NCBI GenBank assembly: GCA_045649045.1
Contig: JAZRPF010000012.1
Span: 1,742 to 65,741 of the forward strand
Source of the DNA: Eubacteriales bacterium
GTDB lineage: Bacteria > Bacillota > Clostridia > Oscillospirales > CAG-272
Length of the DNA: 64,000 nt
Direction: 5' to 3'
Part shown: piece by piece, positions 25,394-34,874 of the stretch
Position numbering within the stretch: the first letter of the stretch is position 1
Layout of the letters: every line of letters starts with the position of its first letter
Translations under genes and position numbers: made by a program
The notes under the pieces: model-generated
The model's database searches: none
Told to the model about the DNA's origin: nothing
What the model saw: the letters and a program-made list of their open reading frames with translations, nothing else

Positions 25394-26560
25394 TCAGCGC
25401 ATCCGCGCAAGTGTCCTGATACCGTCGGCAAGAGCCGCACAAAAAATGTCAATTTCCTCTTCGGTATTATGTGAAGAAAAGCTCACACGAATACTGCTGT
25501 CAGCCTGCCTTTCGTCAAGACCGTAGGCAAGCAAGGGATGCGCGCCGTGTCTGCCGTGAGACGAGCAGGCAGAGCCACTTGATACGCAAATACCGCGCCC
25601 CGACAGATAATGAAGCATGACCTCGCTCTTAATCGCAGGAAGCCCGATATTCACAATGTGGGGCGCCGCGCACCTTGGGGTAAGCGGTTTTGCCTCCTTC
25701 AATGCATCCGATGCAAGAGATGTCAACAAATGTTGTCGAAGCGATGCCATTTCAGACGAGCGCGCATCAAGCGTTGCAAGTCCGTCGGAAACCGCCTGAC
25801 CGAACGCGGCAATCGCAGGCAGATTCTCTGTGCCTGCGCGCATACCGTTTTCCTGACCGCCGCCAAGCAAGTGCGGACGCAATCCCTTGTTCTTCAGAAT
25901 AGCATCGGATACCCAAAGCGCACCCACGCCCTTTGGCCCTTCAACCTTATGCGCGCTGACCGTCACCATATCAGCACCCAGCTTCTTCACCGAAAAAGCA
26001 AACTTCAAAAATGCCTGTGTCGCATCGCAATGCAAAACGGCATCGGGGCAGGCGCGCCTCATCATCGAGGAAACCGTCTCCAAATCGTAGACCGCGCCCG
26101 TTTCATTATTGACAAGCATCATCGTGACAAGAATTGTATCCTTTGTCAGCTCGGCTTCAAGCCTGTCCATATCAAGCTCGCCATTCAGGGTGGGGATTTC
26201 AACAACGGTATAACCCTCCTCGCGAAGCCACGCAAGTGGCATCCCAACCGATGCGTGCTCACCTGCCGTCGTGATGATTTTCTTTTTCATAAAGCGGGGC
26301 TTGGAATAGGCTCTGCCGAAAATCGCCAGATTGTTTGCCTCACTGCCGCTTCCTGTGAAAATCACCGTACCACCCGCCGCACCAAGCGCACGGCAAATGC
26401 TCTCGCGAACAGGCTTCAGATACCGCTCGGCATCTACACCGCGATGATGAAGCGAGGACGGATTGCCAAAATGCTCACGCGAAATCCGGCAGTAGGTTTC
26501 AAGCGCCGCCTCGGAAATTCTCGTGGTTGCACTGTTATCGAAGTAAATTTCTGTTGTCAT
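25394..26560 (-). CDS. Cysteine desulfurase (NifS/IscS class V aminotransferase)
   Basis: It contains FDNSATT, the PLP lysine region SAHKVEGPKGVG, and the active-site SSGSACSS. Confidence 0.9.
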   Translation of the reverse strand: MTTEIYFDNSATTRISEAALETYCRISREHFGNPSSLHHRGVDAERYLKPVRESICRALGAAGGTVIFTGSGSEANNLAIFGRAYSKPRFMKKKIITTAGEHASVGMPLAWLREEGYTVVEIPTLNGELDMDRLEAELTKDTILVTMMLVNNETGAVYDLETVSSMMRRACPDAVLHCDATQAFLKFAFSVKKLGADMVTVSAHKVEGPKGVGALWVSDAILKNKGLRPHLLGGGQENGMRAGTENLPAIAAFGQAVSDGLATLDARSSEMASLRQHLLTSLASDALKEAKPLTPRCAAPHIVNIGLPAIKSEVMLHYLSGRGICVSSGSACSSHGRHGAHPLLAYGLDERQADSSIRVSFSSHNTEEEIDIFCAALADGIRTLARMR

Positions 26561-26592
26561 TTCAAAGCATTACCTTTGCTTAAAGTCAAAAA

Positions 26593-27660
26593 TCAATCAA
26601 TTTTGACGGCATCGCAGATTTGCTCAATGATAGCCGCGCCGTCACCCGCACCGCTTGGGAACATGAAGGTCATAACATAAAGATGATAGTCCTTCACGAC
26701 TGCAATTTTTGTGCAAGCGTAGGTGTTGTCGCCTGTCACTAATGTATAGTCGATGCGCTCGCCTCTTCTGCCGTCGAGTGTTACCTCCTCAAAGGCAATA
26801 TTCTTGCCCGCCTCGGATGCGCCGCCCTCTTCCTCTGCCACACGATACTCAAATTGGCTGTCGGGATACAAAGCAAGCAACTCATTGGCGGTCGCCTTCC
26901 AATAGTCATCAAAGGTTTTCATCTCTGTCATTTCAAGCGTCAGGCTGACAGAAGCACCGCTTTCAGCACTTCGCGCAAAGGCAAATGCGCCGTAGCTTTC
27001 GTCAATCCAGCCAATCGGGGCATACATTTTGACATTCCAGCCCTTTGTGCCTGTCTGTCCAATACGCACAAGACCGTTTTCTGTGGTTTCAAGCTCCTCG
27101 GTCGAGGCATCACCCGACGCTGCATCGACAAAGCTGAAATTGTCAATCACTCTGTATGCGTCCTCAACATAATTGCCATACAGATCCGTACCCGTTGATA
27201 CATTGGTCTGTGCACTGTAAGTCACAAGGTAGAGCGAGCCGTCCTTCAAGACCATCGCCTGCAAAAAGCGGTAGCTGTCATCACCGAGCTTTCCGCTATA
27301 AGAAACGCAAAGCCCCTCAATACCGCCCATTGTATAGGCAGTAGGCTCTTCCTCAATTTTGAAATTCTTATAGATGGCTTCAAGCTCGGCGCGGCTGTCC
27401 TGAAAACAGCTCTGCACATCCGCCGCATCACTTTCAAAATGCGAAACGCGAATGCGTACGGGTGTCGAAGAGGAAACCATGCACTCTATATGATTGCCAA
27501 CACGCTTGTCCTCCCACTGTGCAGGCGTATAAACGAGATAGGGCAGCCCGTCACAGTCAACGCTCTGCATACCCGCTGGCGCTTGGCTTCCATTCGAGCA
27601 GGAAGCAAACAAAAGAGTACACAAAACGCAAAGCAGGAAAACACTTACAATTCTTTTCAT
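26593..27660 (-). CDS. Lipoprotein of unknown function with two tandem DcrB/PsbP-like domains
   Basis: It has the lipobox LFASC. The two halves align with each other by eye (YTPAQW...LYLVTY versus YAPIGW...LYVMTF). Confidence 0.6.
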   Translation of the reverse strand: MKRIVSVFLLCVLCTLLFASCSNGSQAPAGMQSVDCDGLPYLVYTPAQWEDKRVGNHIECMVSSSTPVRIRVSHFESDAADVQSCFQDSRAELEAIYKNFKIEEEPTAYTMGGIEGLCVSYSGKLGDDSYRFLQAMVLKDGSLYLVTYSAQTNVSTGTDLYGNYVEDAYRVIDNFSFVDAASGDASTEELETTENGLVRIGQTGTKGWNVKMYAPIGWIDESYGAFAFARSAESGASVSLTLEMTEMKTFDDYWKATANELLALYPDSQFEYRVAEEEGGASEAGKNIAFEEVTLDGRRGERIDYTLVTGDNTYACTKIAVVKDYHLYVMTFMFPSGAGDGAAIIEQICDAVKID

Positions 27661-27683
27661 TTTTCAATCCTTTCTTTGTGCGC

Positions 27684-29126
27684 TTATTCGTCGCCGTCAA
27701 GTGCGGGTAAACCGCGCACGATCGACACAAAGGTATCACCGCGCTCCTCAAAATTGCGGAAAGCATCGAAGCTCGTGCAGGCGGGCGAAAGTAAAACGGT
27801 ATCTCCGCTTTTTGCCATGTCCGCCGCTGTCAGCACCGCCTCACGAAAATCATAGCGACGCAGGACGGGCAGATTTTCCTCGTCATAAAGCGGATTGCGC
27901 AAAAGCTCCTCATAGATGATATCTGCCGTCGCACCCGTCAGCACAACCGCCTTCGCGCGCGAAACAAGCGTTTCTGCAAGCGCTTCAAAGCCAAGTCCCT
28001 TGGCAGCACCGCCGCAAATGACAATCGGTCTTTCCATCAGCGCACAAAGCGAAGCGCGCGTTCGGACAGGCGATGAATCAATTGAGCTGTTGTAGTAGGT
28101 CACACCGCCGCGCTTGCGTACAAACTCCAGTCTGTGTCTGACGCCCTTGAAGACAGGCGCGAGCGCCCGAAGCACACTGTTGTCAATATAATCGTGTGTC
28201 AGAGCCGCCGCCGCCATGTAGTTTTCAACATTGTGCCTGCCGGGAATGCGAATCTCGGCAATATCAAGCAGAGCCTCGGAATGTCCGTCTGCCGATGTAT
28301 AAATCATATGACCGTTTTGCAAATAAATATAGGTGCCGTCACCGTAACGCGAATGCAAATCCGCATAGGATCTGGTGGACGAAAACAGGCGGGGCTTCTG
28401 TACCTCCTGCGCCATTGAAAGTGTCACTTCATTATCGGCGTTCAGAACCGTTACGCCGTCCGAGCCTTCATAAATGTGCTTCTTCGCACCGATGTATTCG
28501 TCATAATCCTTGTGCCAATTCAGATGGTTTCTTGTCACATTGGTGACAACCGCGTGCGTCGGCGCATATGTCATGTCCTGCAATTGAAAGCTCGAAAGCT
28601 CCACCACCGCAAAATCAGTTGAACGCATTTTGTCCACCTGCGGTAAAAGGGGTGTCCCGATATTACCGCCGCAATAAACCGCAAACGCACCGCCCTGCCT
28701 CTCGGCCTCACCGCGCATAAGCTCGTAAACCAAGGTTGTCGTTGTGGTTTTGCCGTCACTGCCTGTAATACCAAGAATGGTCGCAGGACAAAGGTCGAAA
28801 AAGAGCTGCATTTCGCTTGTCACGCGCCCTCCGCGTGCGCGCACCGCCATCAGTTCAGGCACATACGGATAAACACCGGGCGAGCGAAAGACGGTCTGCT
28901 CGCACAAATTGTCCATATAATGCTCACCGCAAATGAATTTGACACCGCGCTCGGCAAGTGCCTGAACGGCGGGCGGAAGCTTGTCAAAGGGCTTCATATC
29001 GCGTGCGGTGATATCTGTCGCACCATGCTCCAGAAGGAAAGTCATGAGAGGCAGATTGGAAATGCCGAGACCGAGTACGGCTATCGGCTGTGAAAGAATG
29101 TCCAAAAGCAGCTGTTGATTTCTCAA
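27684..29126 (-). CDS. murD: UDP-N-acetylmuramoylalanine--D-glutamate ligase
   Basis: It has the Mur ligase P-loop GITGSDGKTTTT and MurD-type N- and C-terminal domains. Confidence 0.92.
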   Translation of the reverse strand: MRNQQLLLDILSQPIAVLGLGISNLPLMTFLLEHGATDITARDMKPFDKLPPAVQALAERGVKFICGEHYMDNLCEQTVFRSPGVYPYVPELMAVRARGGRVTSEMQLFFDLCPATILGITGSDGKTTTTTLVYELMRGEAERQGGAFAVYCGGNIGTPLLPQVDKMRSTDFAVVELSSFQLQDMTYAPTHAVVTNVTRNHLNWHKDYDEYIGAKKHIYEGSDGVTVLNADNEVTLSMAQEVQKPRLFSSTRSYADLHSRYGDGTYIYLQNGHMIYTSADGHSEALLDIAEIRIPGRHNVENYMAAAALTHDYIDNSVLRALAPVFKGVRHRLEFVRKRGGVTYYNSSIDSSPVRTRASLCALMERPIVICGGAAKGLGFEALAETLVSRAKAVVLTGATADIIYEELLRNPLYDEENLPVLRRYDFREAVLTAADMAKSGDTVLLSPACTSFDAFRNFEERGDTFVSIVRGLPALDGDE

Positions 29127-29206
29127 AACACATTCTCCTTACAGTCTATGGTATCATCTCTCGCCGCGCAGATGCGCGCAAGCGGCCAAAAAAGCTTAAC
29201 ATTATT

Positions 29207-29235
29207 ATTATAGTCGATTTTCGCGTAGGATGCAA
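29207..29235 (-). promoter_or_regulatory. Sigma-A type promoter (minus strand) upstream of murD
   Basis: On the minus strand, TTGCAT (29235-29230) is followed by a 17-nt spacer and TATAAT (29212-29207). Confidence 0.45.
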
Positions 29236-29274
29236 CAGTATTTTCAAAATTTTCATCTGAAAACCAAAAGATTT

Positions 29275-29342
29275 CAAATAAAAAGAGGCTGTCACATGAA
29301 TGCAGAAATTTCTTTTCTTCTGCCTATATGGGACAGCCTCTT
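29275..29342 (-). terminator. Probable terminator of rnpB (composite hairpin with a T-run on the minus strand)
   Basis: On the minus strand, AAGAGGCTGTC...GACAGCCTCTT is followed by TTTTATTT. The loop is large and contains a nested hairpin. Confidence 0.45.
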
Positions 29343-29720
29343 GCAATCGGAACTGTAAGCCGTGTTCTGTTCCCGCATGATGCGGGCCACAATCATCTAT
29401 CTTTGCGTTAAGTTACCGTAACGCTCGGAGGCATATGCCTCGCTGCCACAAGCAGGGGAATGGGGGCGGGCAGCCCCGACAAAAGTCCTCCCCAGGTGTT
29501 GCTTCGGATAGGGTTTACATTTGCAGACAGTCGCCTGTACTGCCGGTGAGCTCTTACCTCGCCTTTCCATCCTTACCGCAAAAGCGGCGGTCTATTTCTG
29601 TTGCACTTTCCCTAAGGTCACCCTCGGCGGATGTTATCCGTTATCCTGCCCTATGAAGCACGGACTTTCCTCACGGTACGACCTTTCGGCATGATACCGC
29701 GCGATTGTGCATTCCGGTTG
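29343..29720 (-). ncRNA. rnpB: RNase P RNA (bacterial)
   Basis: The minus strand carries the universal GAGGAAAGTCCG box (29672-29661) and the ACAGAACACGGCTTA box (29370-29356), with P1-like pairing of the ends. The ends are approximate to about +/-10 nt. Confidence 0.85.
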
Positions 29721-29779
29721 CCCTTTTATTATAGACCATTCCGTCCCGCTTGTCAAGTTTTTTATTTATGCCCACTTTA

Positions 29780-29808
29780 TTGAAAAAACATTTTCTTTGT
29801 GTTATACT
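29780..29808 (+). promoter_or_regulatory. Sigma-A type promoter: TTGAAA, 17 nt spacer, TGtTATACT
   Basis: TTGAAA lies at 29780-29785 and TATACT at 29803-29808 with an extended -10 TG. Confidence 0.5.
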
Positions 29809-29851
29809 AATGATAGTATCAATCCATTTAACCGTTCAGAAGGAGCTTGTC

Positions 29852-30685
29852 ATGAAAACACAGTTCGCCCTTATCGAAAAACTCTGCAAGCAAATCAAAG
29901 AGCAAATCTCCTTCACGCCAAAAATCGGCGTGATACTCGGTTCAGGGCTCGGTCGCTTCGCTGACCGCCTGACCGACACCGTTACAGTCGATTACGCATC
30001 ACTTGAGGGCTTTCCCACCTCAACAGTCAAAGGACATAGCGGCTGCTTCGTCTTCGGCAATCTCGGCGGTACACCGCTTGTCATCATGAAGGGGCGTGTC
30101 CACTATTATGAAGGCTACGATATGCAAAAGGTCACTCTACCCGTTCGCCTCATGGCAAAATTGGGTGTTGAAACACTCTGCCTCACCTGTGCGGCAGGTG
30201 GCATCGGTGACAATCTGAATGTCGGCTCACTCATGCTCATCCGTGACCATATCTCCAGCTTCGTCCCCTCCCCGCTTCGCGGCGAAAATGACGAAAGAAT
30301 CGGCACGCGCTTCCCCGACATGAGCGAAGTCTATGATAAAAGACTCCGTGAAATCGCTGGGCAAGCCGCCAAAAAGCTCGGTATTACGCTCGACGAAGGT
30401 GTTTATCTGCAAACACGCGGCCCCCAGTACGAAACGCCCGCCGAGGTTCTCATGTACCGCGCGCTCGGTGCCGATGCCGTCGGCATGAGTACCGCGTGCG
30501 AGGCAATCACCGCCCGCCACGCAGGAATGGCCGTCATGGGTATCAGCCTGATTACAAATAAAGCGACGGGGTTATCCTCTCTGCATCTCGCACATGAAGA
30601 GGTCACCGCCGCCGCAAGTCATGCCGCCCCTCGCTTTGAAGGACTGTTACAGGAAATCCTACTCAATCTAAACCAAGATCATTGA
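29852..30685 (+). CDS. punA: Purine nucleoside phosphorylase (trimeric PNP family)
   Basis: An AGGAG RBS at 29841 precedes ATG 29852. Motifs include IGVILGSGLG, GHSGCFVFG, GRVHYYEGY and MSTACE. The longer ORF from 29750 has no RBS. Confidence 0.9.
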   Translation: MKTQFALIEKLCKQIKEQISFTPKIGVILGSGLGRFADRLTDTVTVDYASLEGFPTSTVKGHSGCFVFGNLGGTPLVIMKGRVHYYEGYDMQKVTLPVRLMAKLGVETLCLTCAAGGIGDNLNVGSLMLIRDHISSFVPSPLRGENDERIGTRFPDMSEVYDKRLREIAGQAAKKLGITLDEGVYLQTRGPQYETPAEVLMYRALGADAVGMSTACEAITARHAGMAVMGISLITNKATGLSSLHLAHEEVTAAASHAAPRFEGLLQEILLNLNQDH

Positions 30686-30687
30686 AA

Positions 30688-31218
30688 TCACTTCAAAAAG
30701 CGCTCGGTTAAACGAAACCGCGTCATTTGCTGCATCAAAAAGGCAGCAAGTACCGCGCCAAATACACCCTGCACCGCATTCATCGGTATGCCGGGCAACG
30801 CCATGCCAATATCTCTGTATAGCAGCAGCTCATAGACAAAATACCCCGCAACCACAAGAAGCTCGGCAAAAAGGCCGATGGCAAGCAGGCTCCAGAACCG
30901 TACTCTGCCCTCCGCGCTTTTTCGGCGCGCACGCCCAATCAGTACAGCCGCAACCAAGGCAACCGCCCCCTTGATCACAAAGCTCGCAGGTGCGTACACG
31001 GCATAAGATAGCAAAACATCGGCAATCGCCGAGCCAATCCCCGCCGCAAGAAAGGCATATTCCGCCGAAAGCAAAAAGCCACACAAAAGCACAAACGCAT
31101 CCCCTGCATGAACATACCCCACCAGAGGCAACGGCAAATGCAAAAGCGTTGTCGCACAGACAATCGCCGCCATCATTGCCGCAAAAACCAATTTTTTAAC
31201 CGAAAATTTCATTTCCAA
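30688..31218 (-). CDS. ECF-transporter S component-like membrane protein (substrate unknown)
   Basis: It is a protein of about 175 aa with 5-6 TM helices. The pattern ...GYVHAGDAFVLL.G.LL....A..AAGIGSAIADVL... is typical of ECF S components. Confidence 0.55.
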   Translation of the reverse strand: MEMKFSVKKLVFAAMMAAIVCATTLLHLPLPLVGYVHAGDAFVLLCGFLLSAEYAFLAAGIGSAIADVLLSYAVYAPASFVIKGAVALVAAVLIGRARRKSAEGRVRFWSLLAIGLFAELLVVAGYFVYELLLYRDIGMALPGIPMNAVQGVFGAVLAAFLMQQMTRFRLTERFLK

Positions 31219-31255
31219 GTCCCCTTTCTGTACGATGACAACTTATGTTGTCAAA

Positions 31256-31528
31256 TTAAAATTTCAAAAGCAATAAAACACCAAGCGCAATCTGCCACAA
31301 TACACCGAGAAAATTGACAAAGCCGAAATACCAATGCTTTGTCTTATGGCGGAAAAGAAGCATAGCGAGACTGCCGCCAATGGCACCGCCAAAAAAAGAG
31401 AAGGACAATAGAACACTCTCCTTGATTCTGTACGCACCCTTCTTCGCCTTGCGCTTGTCAAGTCCGTACAAAACAAACGCAAGCAGGCTCATCGCCAAAA
31501 GAAATAAAATGTAAACCTTCAAATACAT
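31256..31528 (-). CDS. DUF1294 membrane protein
   Basis: The pattern YGLDKRKAKKGAYRIKESVLL...GGAIGGSLAMLLFRHKTKH matches DUF1294. Confidence 0.75.
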   Translation of the reverse strand: MYLKVYILFLLAMSLLAFVLYGLDKRKAKKGAYRIKESVLLSFSFFGGAIGGSLAMLLFRHKTKHWYFGFVNFLGVLWQIALGVLLLLKF

Positions 31529-31566
31529 ACCTTCTCCTTATTTGCAGCATGTTGCCGTTTTTTCAA

Positions 31567-31594
31567 AAGAAGGCTCACATCCGTGAGCCTTCTT
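31567..31594 (-). terminator. Intrinsic terminator after the CvpA-like gene
   Basis: On the minus strand, AAGAAGGCTCAC-ggat-GTGAGCCTTCTT is followed by TTGAAAAAA. Confidence 0.6.
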
Positions 31595-31602
31595 TGCTTT
31601 GA

Positions 31603-33273
31603 TTATTCCACGGCCGTCTCTCTTTTCGCAAAAAGGTTGCGAAGAGCGTTGATGGTTGCCGCGTCCTCTTCGGTCAGCTCGTTTGAAGCCTCATAAGAAT
31701 CGATAGATGAATGAATCAAATCGATGGTTTCGGGCGCAATATCCAGAAGAGCCTGCTCGACATTTTCATTGTCGGCATTCTTTTTCACGCTATCTGCGAT
31801 AATGGTCGAATCCATAATGGTATTGACAAGGTCATCGGTTTTCTCCTGATTCATCGGAATTGCCGTATTCATGCCGACAGTCAGTACATGATTGAGCGCC
31901 GCCGCTTCCTTGTCAACCTCTTCGCTTGTCATACTGCCATTTTCATTCGCATCCGCAAGTGTCGTAAATGCCTCAATCACAATTTCAGACAAAGCAAGCG
32001 CAGTGTTCTCTTCCATGCCCGACGATTCCTTCATCACCTCGGGAAGCACCGTGCTGATCGCTTCTACCGATTTCGGCGTCAGAGACTGAATCAGCTCCAC
32101 CACTTCCGTTGTCTCGGTTTTCTCACCCGTATCAACATCCTGCTTAATGTTCATCATGCAAACATAAGTTGTCTTGATGTTTTCAAGTGTCAGCACAAGC
32201 TCACCAAGGTCATCGGAAAATGTTGAGGTGTGCGTGTGTGCCAGATCATCAAGCAAAACCTCAATCGCTCCCTTGAAAATCAGGGTTTTCCCTTCCAGCA
32301 TCCCAATCAGATTGATGCCGAGATACTCTTCCTCTGCAAGCCATTTTTGCGATGCTGTTGCAAACAGGTCGGTCAGCACGACAAGCACAACCTTGCTGCT
32401 GTCCTCATCATCAATGTGCAGAAGAACATCCTTTAACGGCTGAATATCTATTGTCTCAACCGTGTCAAAGGAAATATCCGCCAAGCCGCTTGCACGCGGA
32501 AGCAGGCCCACAATGCCCAGAAGCTCCTTTTCAAGACTGGTATGGATGGTTTCATCAAGAATCGAATCATCCTTCTCCACATCAATCGAGGTCAACCCGT
32601 CAAAAAGAAGCTCGCCGCCCAAGGCGTACGGAACAGAAACGCCAAGGCTATCGGAGAGTGTATCTGTCAAAGGCTTCAATTCCATAATAGAATCGGTGGT
32701 CTCCGCTCCAAAAACCTCGTCATAGTCTGTACGGTTTTCTTCGATATGCTCTACCGTGTGCGTCAAAACCTCGGAATAGCCGCCGACAGGTGCCGAAATA
32801 ACCGCGAGTGTCACAAAAGCACCCATCACCGAAATCAAAACGCCAATCAGGCGGTGACACGGAATGTTTTTCTCAAGAAGCACTAAAGGCTTCAGCAAAA
32901 TATTGAGAAGCAGGCAAATGAAAAAGAAAAGCTTATTCAACAGAAAATAGACCGCCATAAAAATCAGCGGTGCCACAAACGCCATAACCAACGCCTCTAT
33001 GACATGCAAGGTCGCTTCCGACTGCATCATGTCACCGACAACCTCGCCCTCTGCCATGCCCCTCAGAATCTTATCGCCGATTTTTTCCAGCCAAGGCGCC
33101 AAAACCTCTTTGACCAGAAAAAAGGCAGATATAGCCGAAATGAACAAGCTGATTGTACGCAATAAAGACTTAAAGATTCCTCGCTTGAGTCCCATCAGAA
33201 CAGCAAAAAGAATCACCAAAGCAGCAATCACAATAAATACAATTCCGCCGATTGCGCCGATTTTTTCTAACAT
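31603..33273 (-). CDS. CvpA-family membrane protein with a long acidic C-terminal domain
   Basis: An AGGGAG RBS favours ATG 33273. The N-terminal ~170 aa contain 4 TM helices with a CvpA-like GLKRGIFKSLL motif. About 380 further residues are Asp/Glu-rich and have no recognisable domain. Confidence 0.5.
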   Translation of the reverse strand: MLEKIGAIGGIVFIVIAALVILFAVLMGLKRGIFKSLLRTISLFISAISAFFLVKEVLAPWLEKIGDKILRGMAEGEVVGDMMQSEATLHVIEALVMAFVAPLIFMAVYFLLNKLFFFICLLLNILLKPLVLLEKNIPCHRLIGVLISVMGAFVTLAVISAPVGGYSEVLTHTVEHIEENRTDYDEVFGAETTDSIMELKPLTDTLSDSLGVSVPYALGGELLFDGLTSIDVEKDDSILDETIHTSLEKELLGIVGLLPRASGLADISFDTVETIDIQPLKDVLLHIDDEDSSKVVLVVLTDLFATASQKWLAEEEYLGINLIGMLEGKTLIFKGAIEVLLDDLAHTHTSTFSDDLGELVLTLENIKTTYVCMMNIKQDVDTGEKTETTEVVELIQSLTPKSVEAISTVLPEVMKESSGMEENTALALSEIVIEAFTTLADANENGSMTSEEVDKEAAALNHVLTVGMNTAIPMNQEKTDDLVNTIMDSTIIADSVKKNADNENVEQALLDIAPETIDLIHSSIDSYEASNELTEEDAATINALRNLFAKRETAVE

Positions 33274-33494
33274 AAGGTTTCTCCCTTTCATGATGTATTT
33301 TTCGTTTTACCATTATATCACAAAAATGCGCAAAAGTCAACACTATGCACCGTAAACGCTCCTGTTATATATCAATGCCTCGCTCATAGTTATCCTTAAT
33401 TATATAACTGCATCTCCCCCCTCCCATCATCCCTTCTTTTTTCTTCTCTTAAACCGATTCTTAAAAAATTTTTCAACTTTTTTTCAAAAACCTA

Positions 33495-33523
33495 TTGACA
33501 AGCCATCTTAATTAGTATATAAT
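33495..33523 (+). promoter_or_regulatory. Consensus sigma-A promoter: TTGACA, 17 nt spacer, TATAAT
   Basis: TTGACA lies at 33495-33500 and TATAAT at 33518-33523. AT-rich, partly palindromic sequence (TTAATTAGTATATAAT) overlaps the spacer and -10 and is a candidate operator. Confidence 0.6.
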
Positions 33524-33558
33524 CCTATTAGAGAACAGAAACGGAGGTGAGCAAGGAC

Positions 33559-33984
33559 ATGACGACAAAAGCGAAAACACAGGAACGCCATACAATTCAA
33601 AAGGAGCTTGTGCATGAAACGGTCATGACGATGCATAACCACCCAACTGCACAGGAAATCTTTGAGGAGCTGCACAAGGCACATCCGACAGTCAGTCGCG
33701 CTACCGTCTACCGCATTCTTGGCTCACTTGCCGAACAGCATAAAATTCTTAAAATTCCGTCGACGGGCGGTGCCGACTGCTTTGATTTCAATACGAGCGA
33801 GCACGCGCATTTCCTCTGCCGTATCTGCAATCGCATTGGTGATATTCAAGCGAGTGCGCCGAGCATCCCCATCCCCCCCGAAACGCACGATTATCAGATA
33901 GAGAGCTATTCCCTGCTCTATCATGGTATCTGTGCCGCCTGCCTTGCCGAAGGCTCTCCCTATAAAAATCAAAAAACAAAATAA
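33559..33984 (+). CDS. Fur-family transcriptional regulator (PerR-like)
   Basis: It has a winged helix (HPTAQEIFEELHKAHPTVSRATVYRIL) and CxxC...CxxC zinc motifs (CRICN, CAAC). A GGAGG RBS precedes ATG 33559. Confidence 0.85.
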   Translation: MTTKAKTQERHTIQKELVHETVMTMHNHPTAQEIFEELHKAHPTVSRATVYRILGSLAEQHKILKIPSTGGADCFDFNTSEHAHFLCRICNRIGDIQASAPSIPIPPETHDYQIESYSLLYHGICAACLAEGSPYKNQKTK

Positions 33985-34011
33985 ATCAATGAAGCAAAGG
34001 AGATTACCACT

Positions 34012-34551
34012 ATGAAATTTGTATGTCAAGTCTGCGGCTATGTCCACGAAGGCGATGCCGCTCCCGCAGAATGCCCCATCTGCCATGCCCCCGCTTCCAA
34101 GTTCACCGCACAAAGCAATGAAAAGGTTTGGGCAGCCGAGCATGTTGTCGGCGTTGCACAAGGTGTTTCCGAGGACATTTTGAAGGACCTTCGCGCCAAC
34201 TTTGAAGGCGAATGCACCGAGGTTGGTATGTATCTCGCCATGGCGCGCGTCGCTCACCGCGAGGGCTATCCCGAAATCGGTATGTACTGGGAAAAGGCAG
34301 CCTTTGAGGAAGCAGAGCACGCTGCGAAATTCGCAGAGCTTCTCGGTGAGGTTGTCACCGCATCCACCAAGAAGAACCTCGAAATGAGAGTCGATGCCGA
34401 GAACGGCGCAACAGCAGGCAAGACCGACCTTGCAAAGCGCGCAAAGGCAGCAGGCCTTGATGCCATCCACGACACCGTTCACGAGATGGCGCGCGACGAG
34501 GCTCGGCACGGCAAGGCATTTGAGGGACTTCTCGCGAGATACTTCAAGTAA
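34012..34551 (+). CDS. rbr: Reverse rubrerythrin (N-terminal rubredoxin domain plus ferritin-like diiron domain)
   Basis: The N-terminal CQVCGYVH...CPICHAP rubredoxin motif is followed by ExxH diiron motifs ([18 protein letters not shown]). Confidence 0.9.
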   Translation: MKFVCQVCGYVHEGDAAPAECPICHAPASKFTAQSNEKVWAAEHVVGVAQGVSEDILKDLRANFEGECTEVGMYLAMARVAHREGYPEIGMYWEKAAFEEAEHAAKFAELLGEVVTASTKKNLEMRVDAENGATAGKTDLAKRAKAAGLDAIHDTVHEMARDEARHGKAFEGLLARYFK

Positions 34552-34591
34552 TAACTTAATAGCTAATAAAACCAAGACTTTGAAACACATA

Positions 34592-34619
34592 AGAGCGACC
34601 GCAAGGTCGCTCTTTTTTA
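34592..34619 (+). terminator. Intrinsic terminator after rbr
   Basis: The hairpin AGAGCGACC-gcaa-GGTCGCTCT is followed by TTTTTT. Confidence 0.75.
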
Positions 34620-34874
34620 TGCTATTTTTCGATTATTATTTGTTAAAATAAAACTGTAACTTTCCACTTTCCAGAGCATCAAAGCAAGACAAAAACAAAA
34701 GTTTTTTAATAGCTCGATGATAAACTGAATCGCTCCTTTTGCAAATTCCAAAAGAAAATTGTTTGCAAAATTTTTGCCATTGCAAAGTGTTATAACATCA
34801 AAAAACAGAACTTTTCTTGCCTTTTTCCTTTGGGTGTGATATAATGGTGACAGAACGGAGAAAGGAGTGAGGTG

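Noticed and set aside
25610-26680. A 356-aa plus-strand ORF opposite the cysteine desulfurase gene
   Set aside because: It is antisense to a gene with PLP-lysine and active-site Cys motifs. It is a shadow ORF.
29146-29656. Small ORFs at 29146-29346 (minus strand) and 29435-29656 (plus strand)
   Set aside because: They lie on the RNase P RNA gene and its terminator. The RNA signature boxes explain the region.
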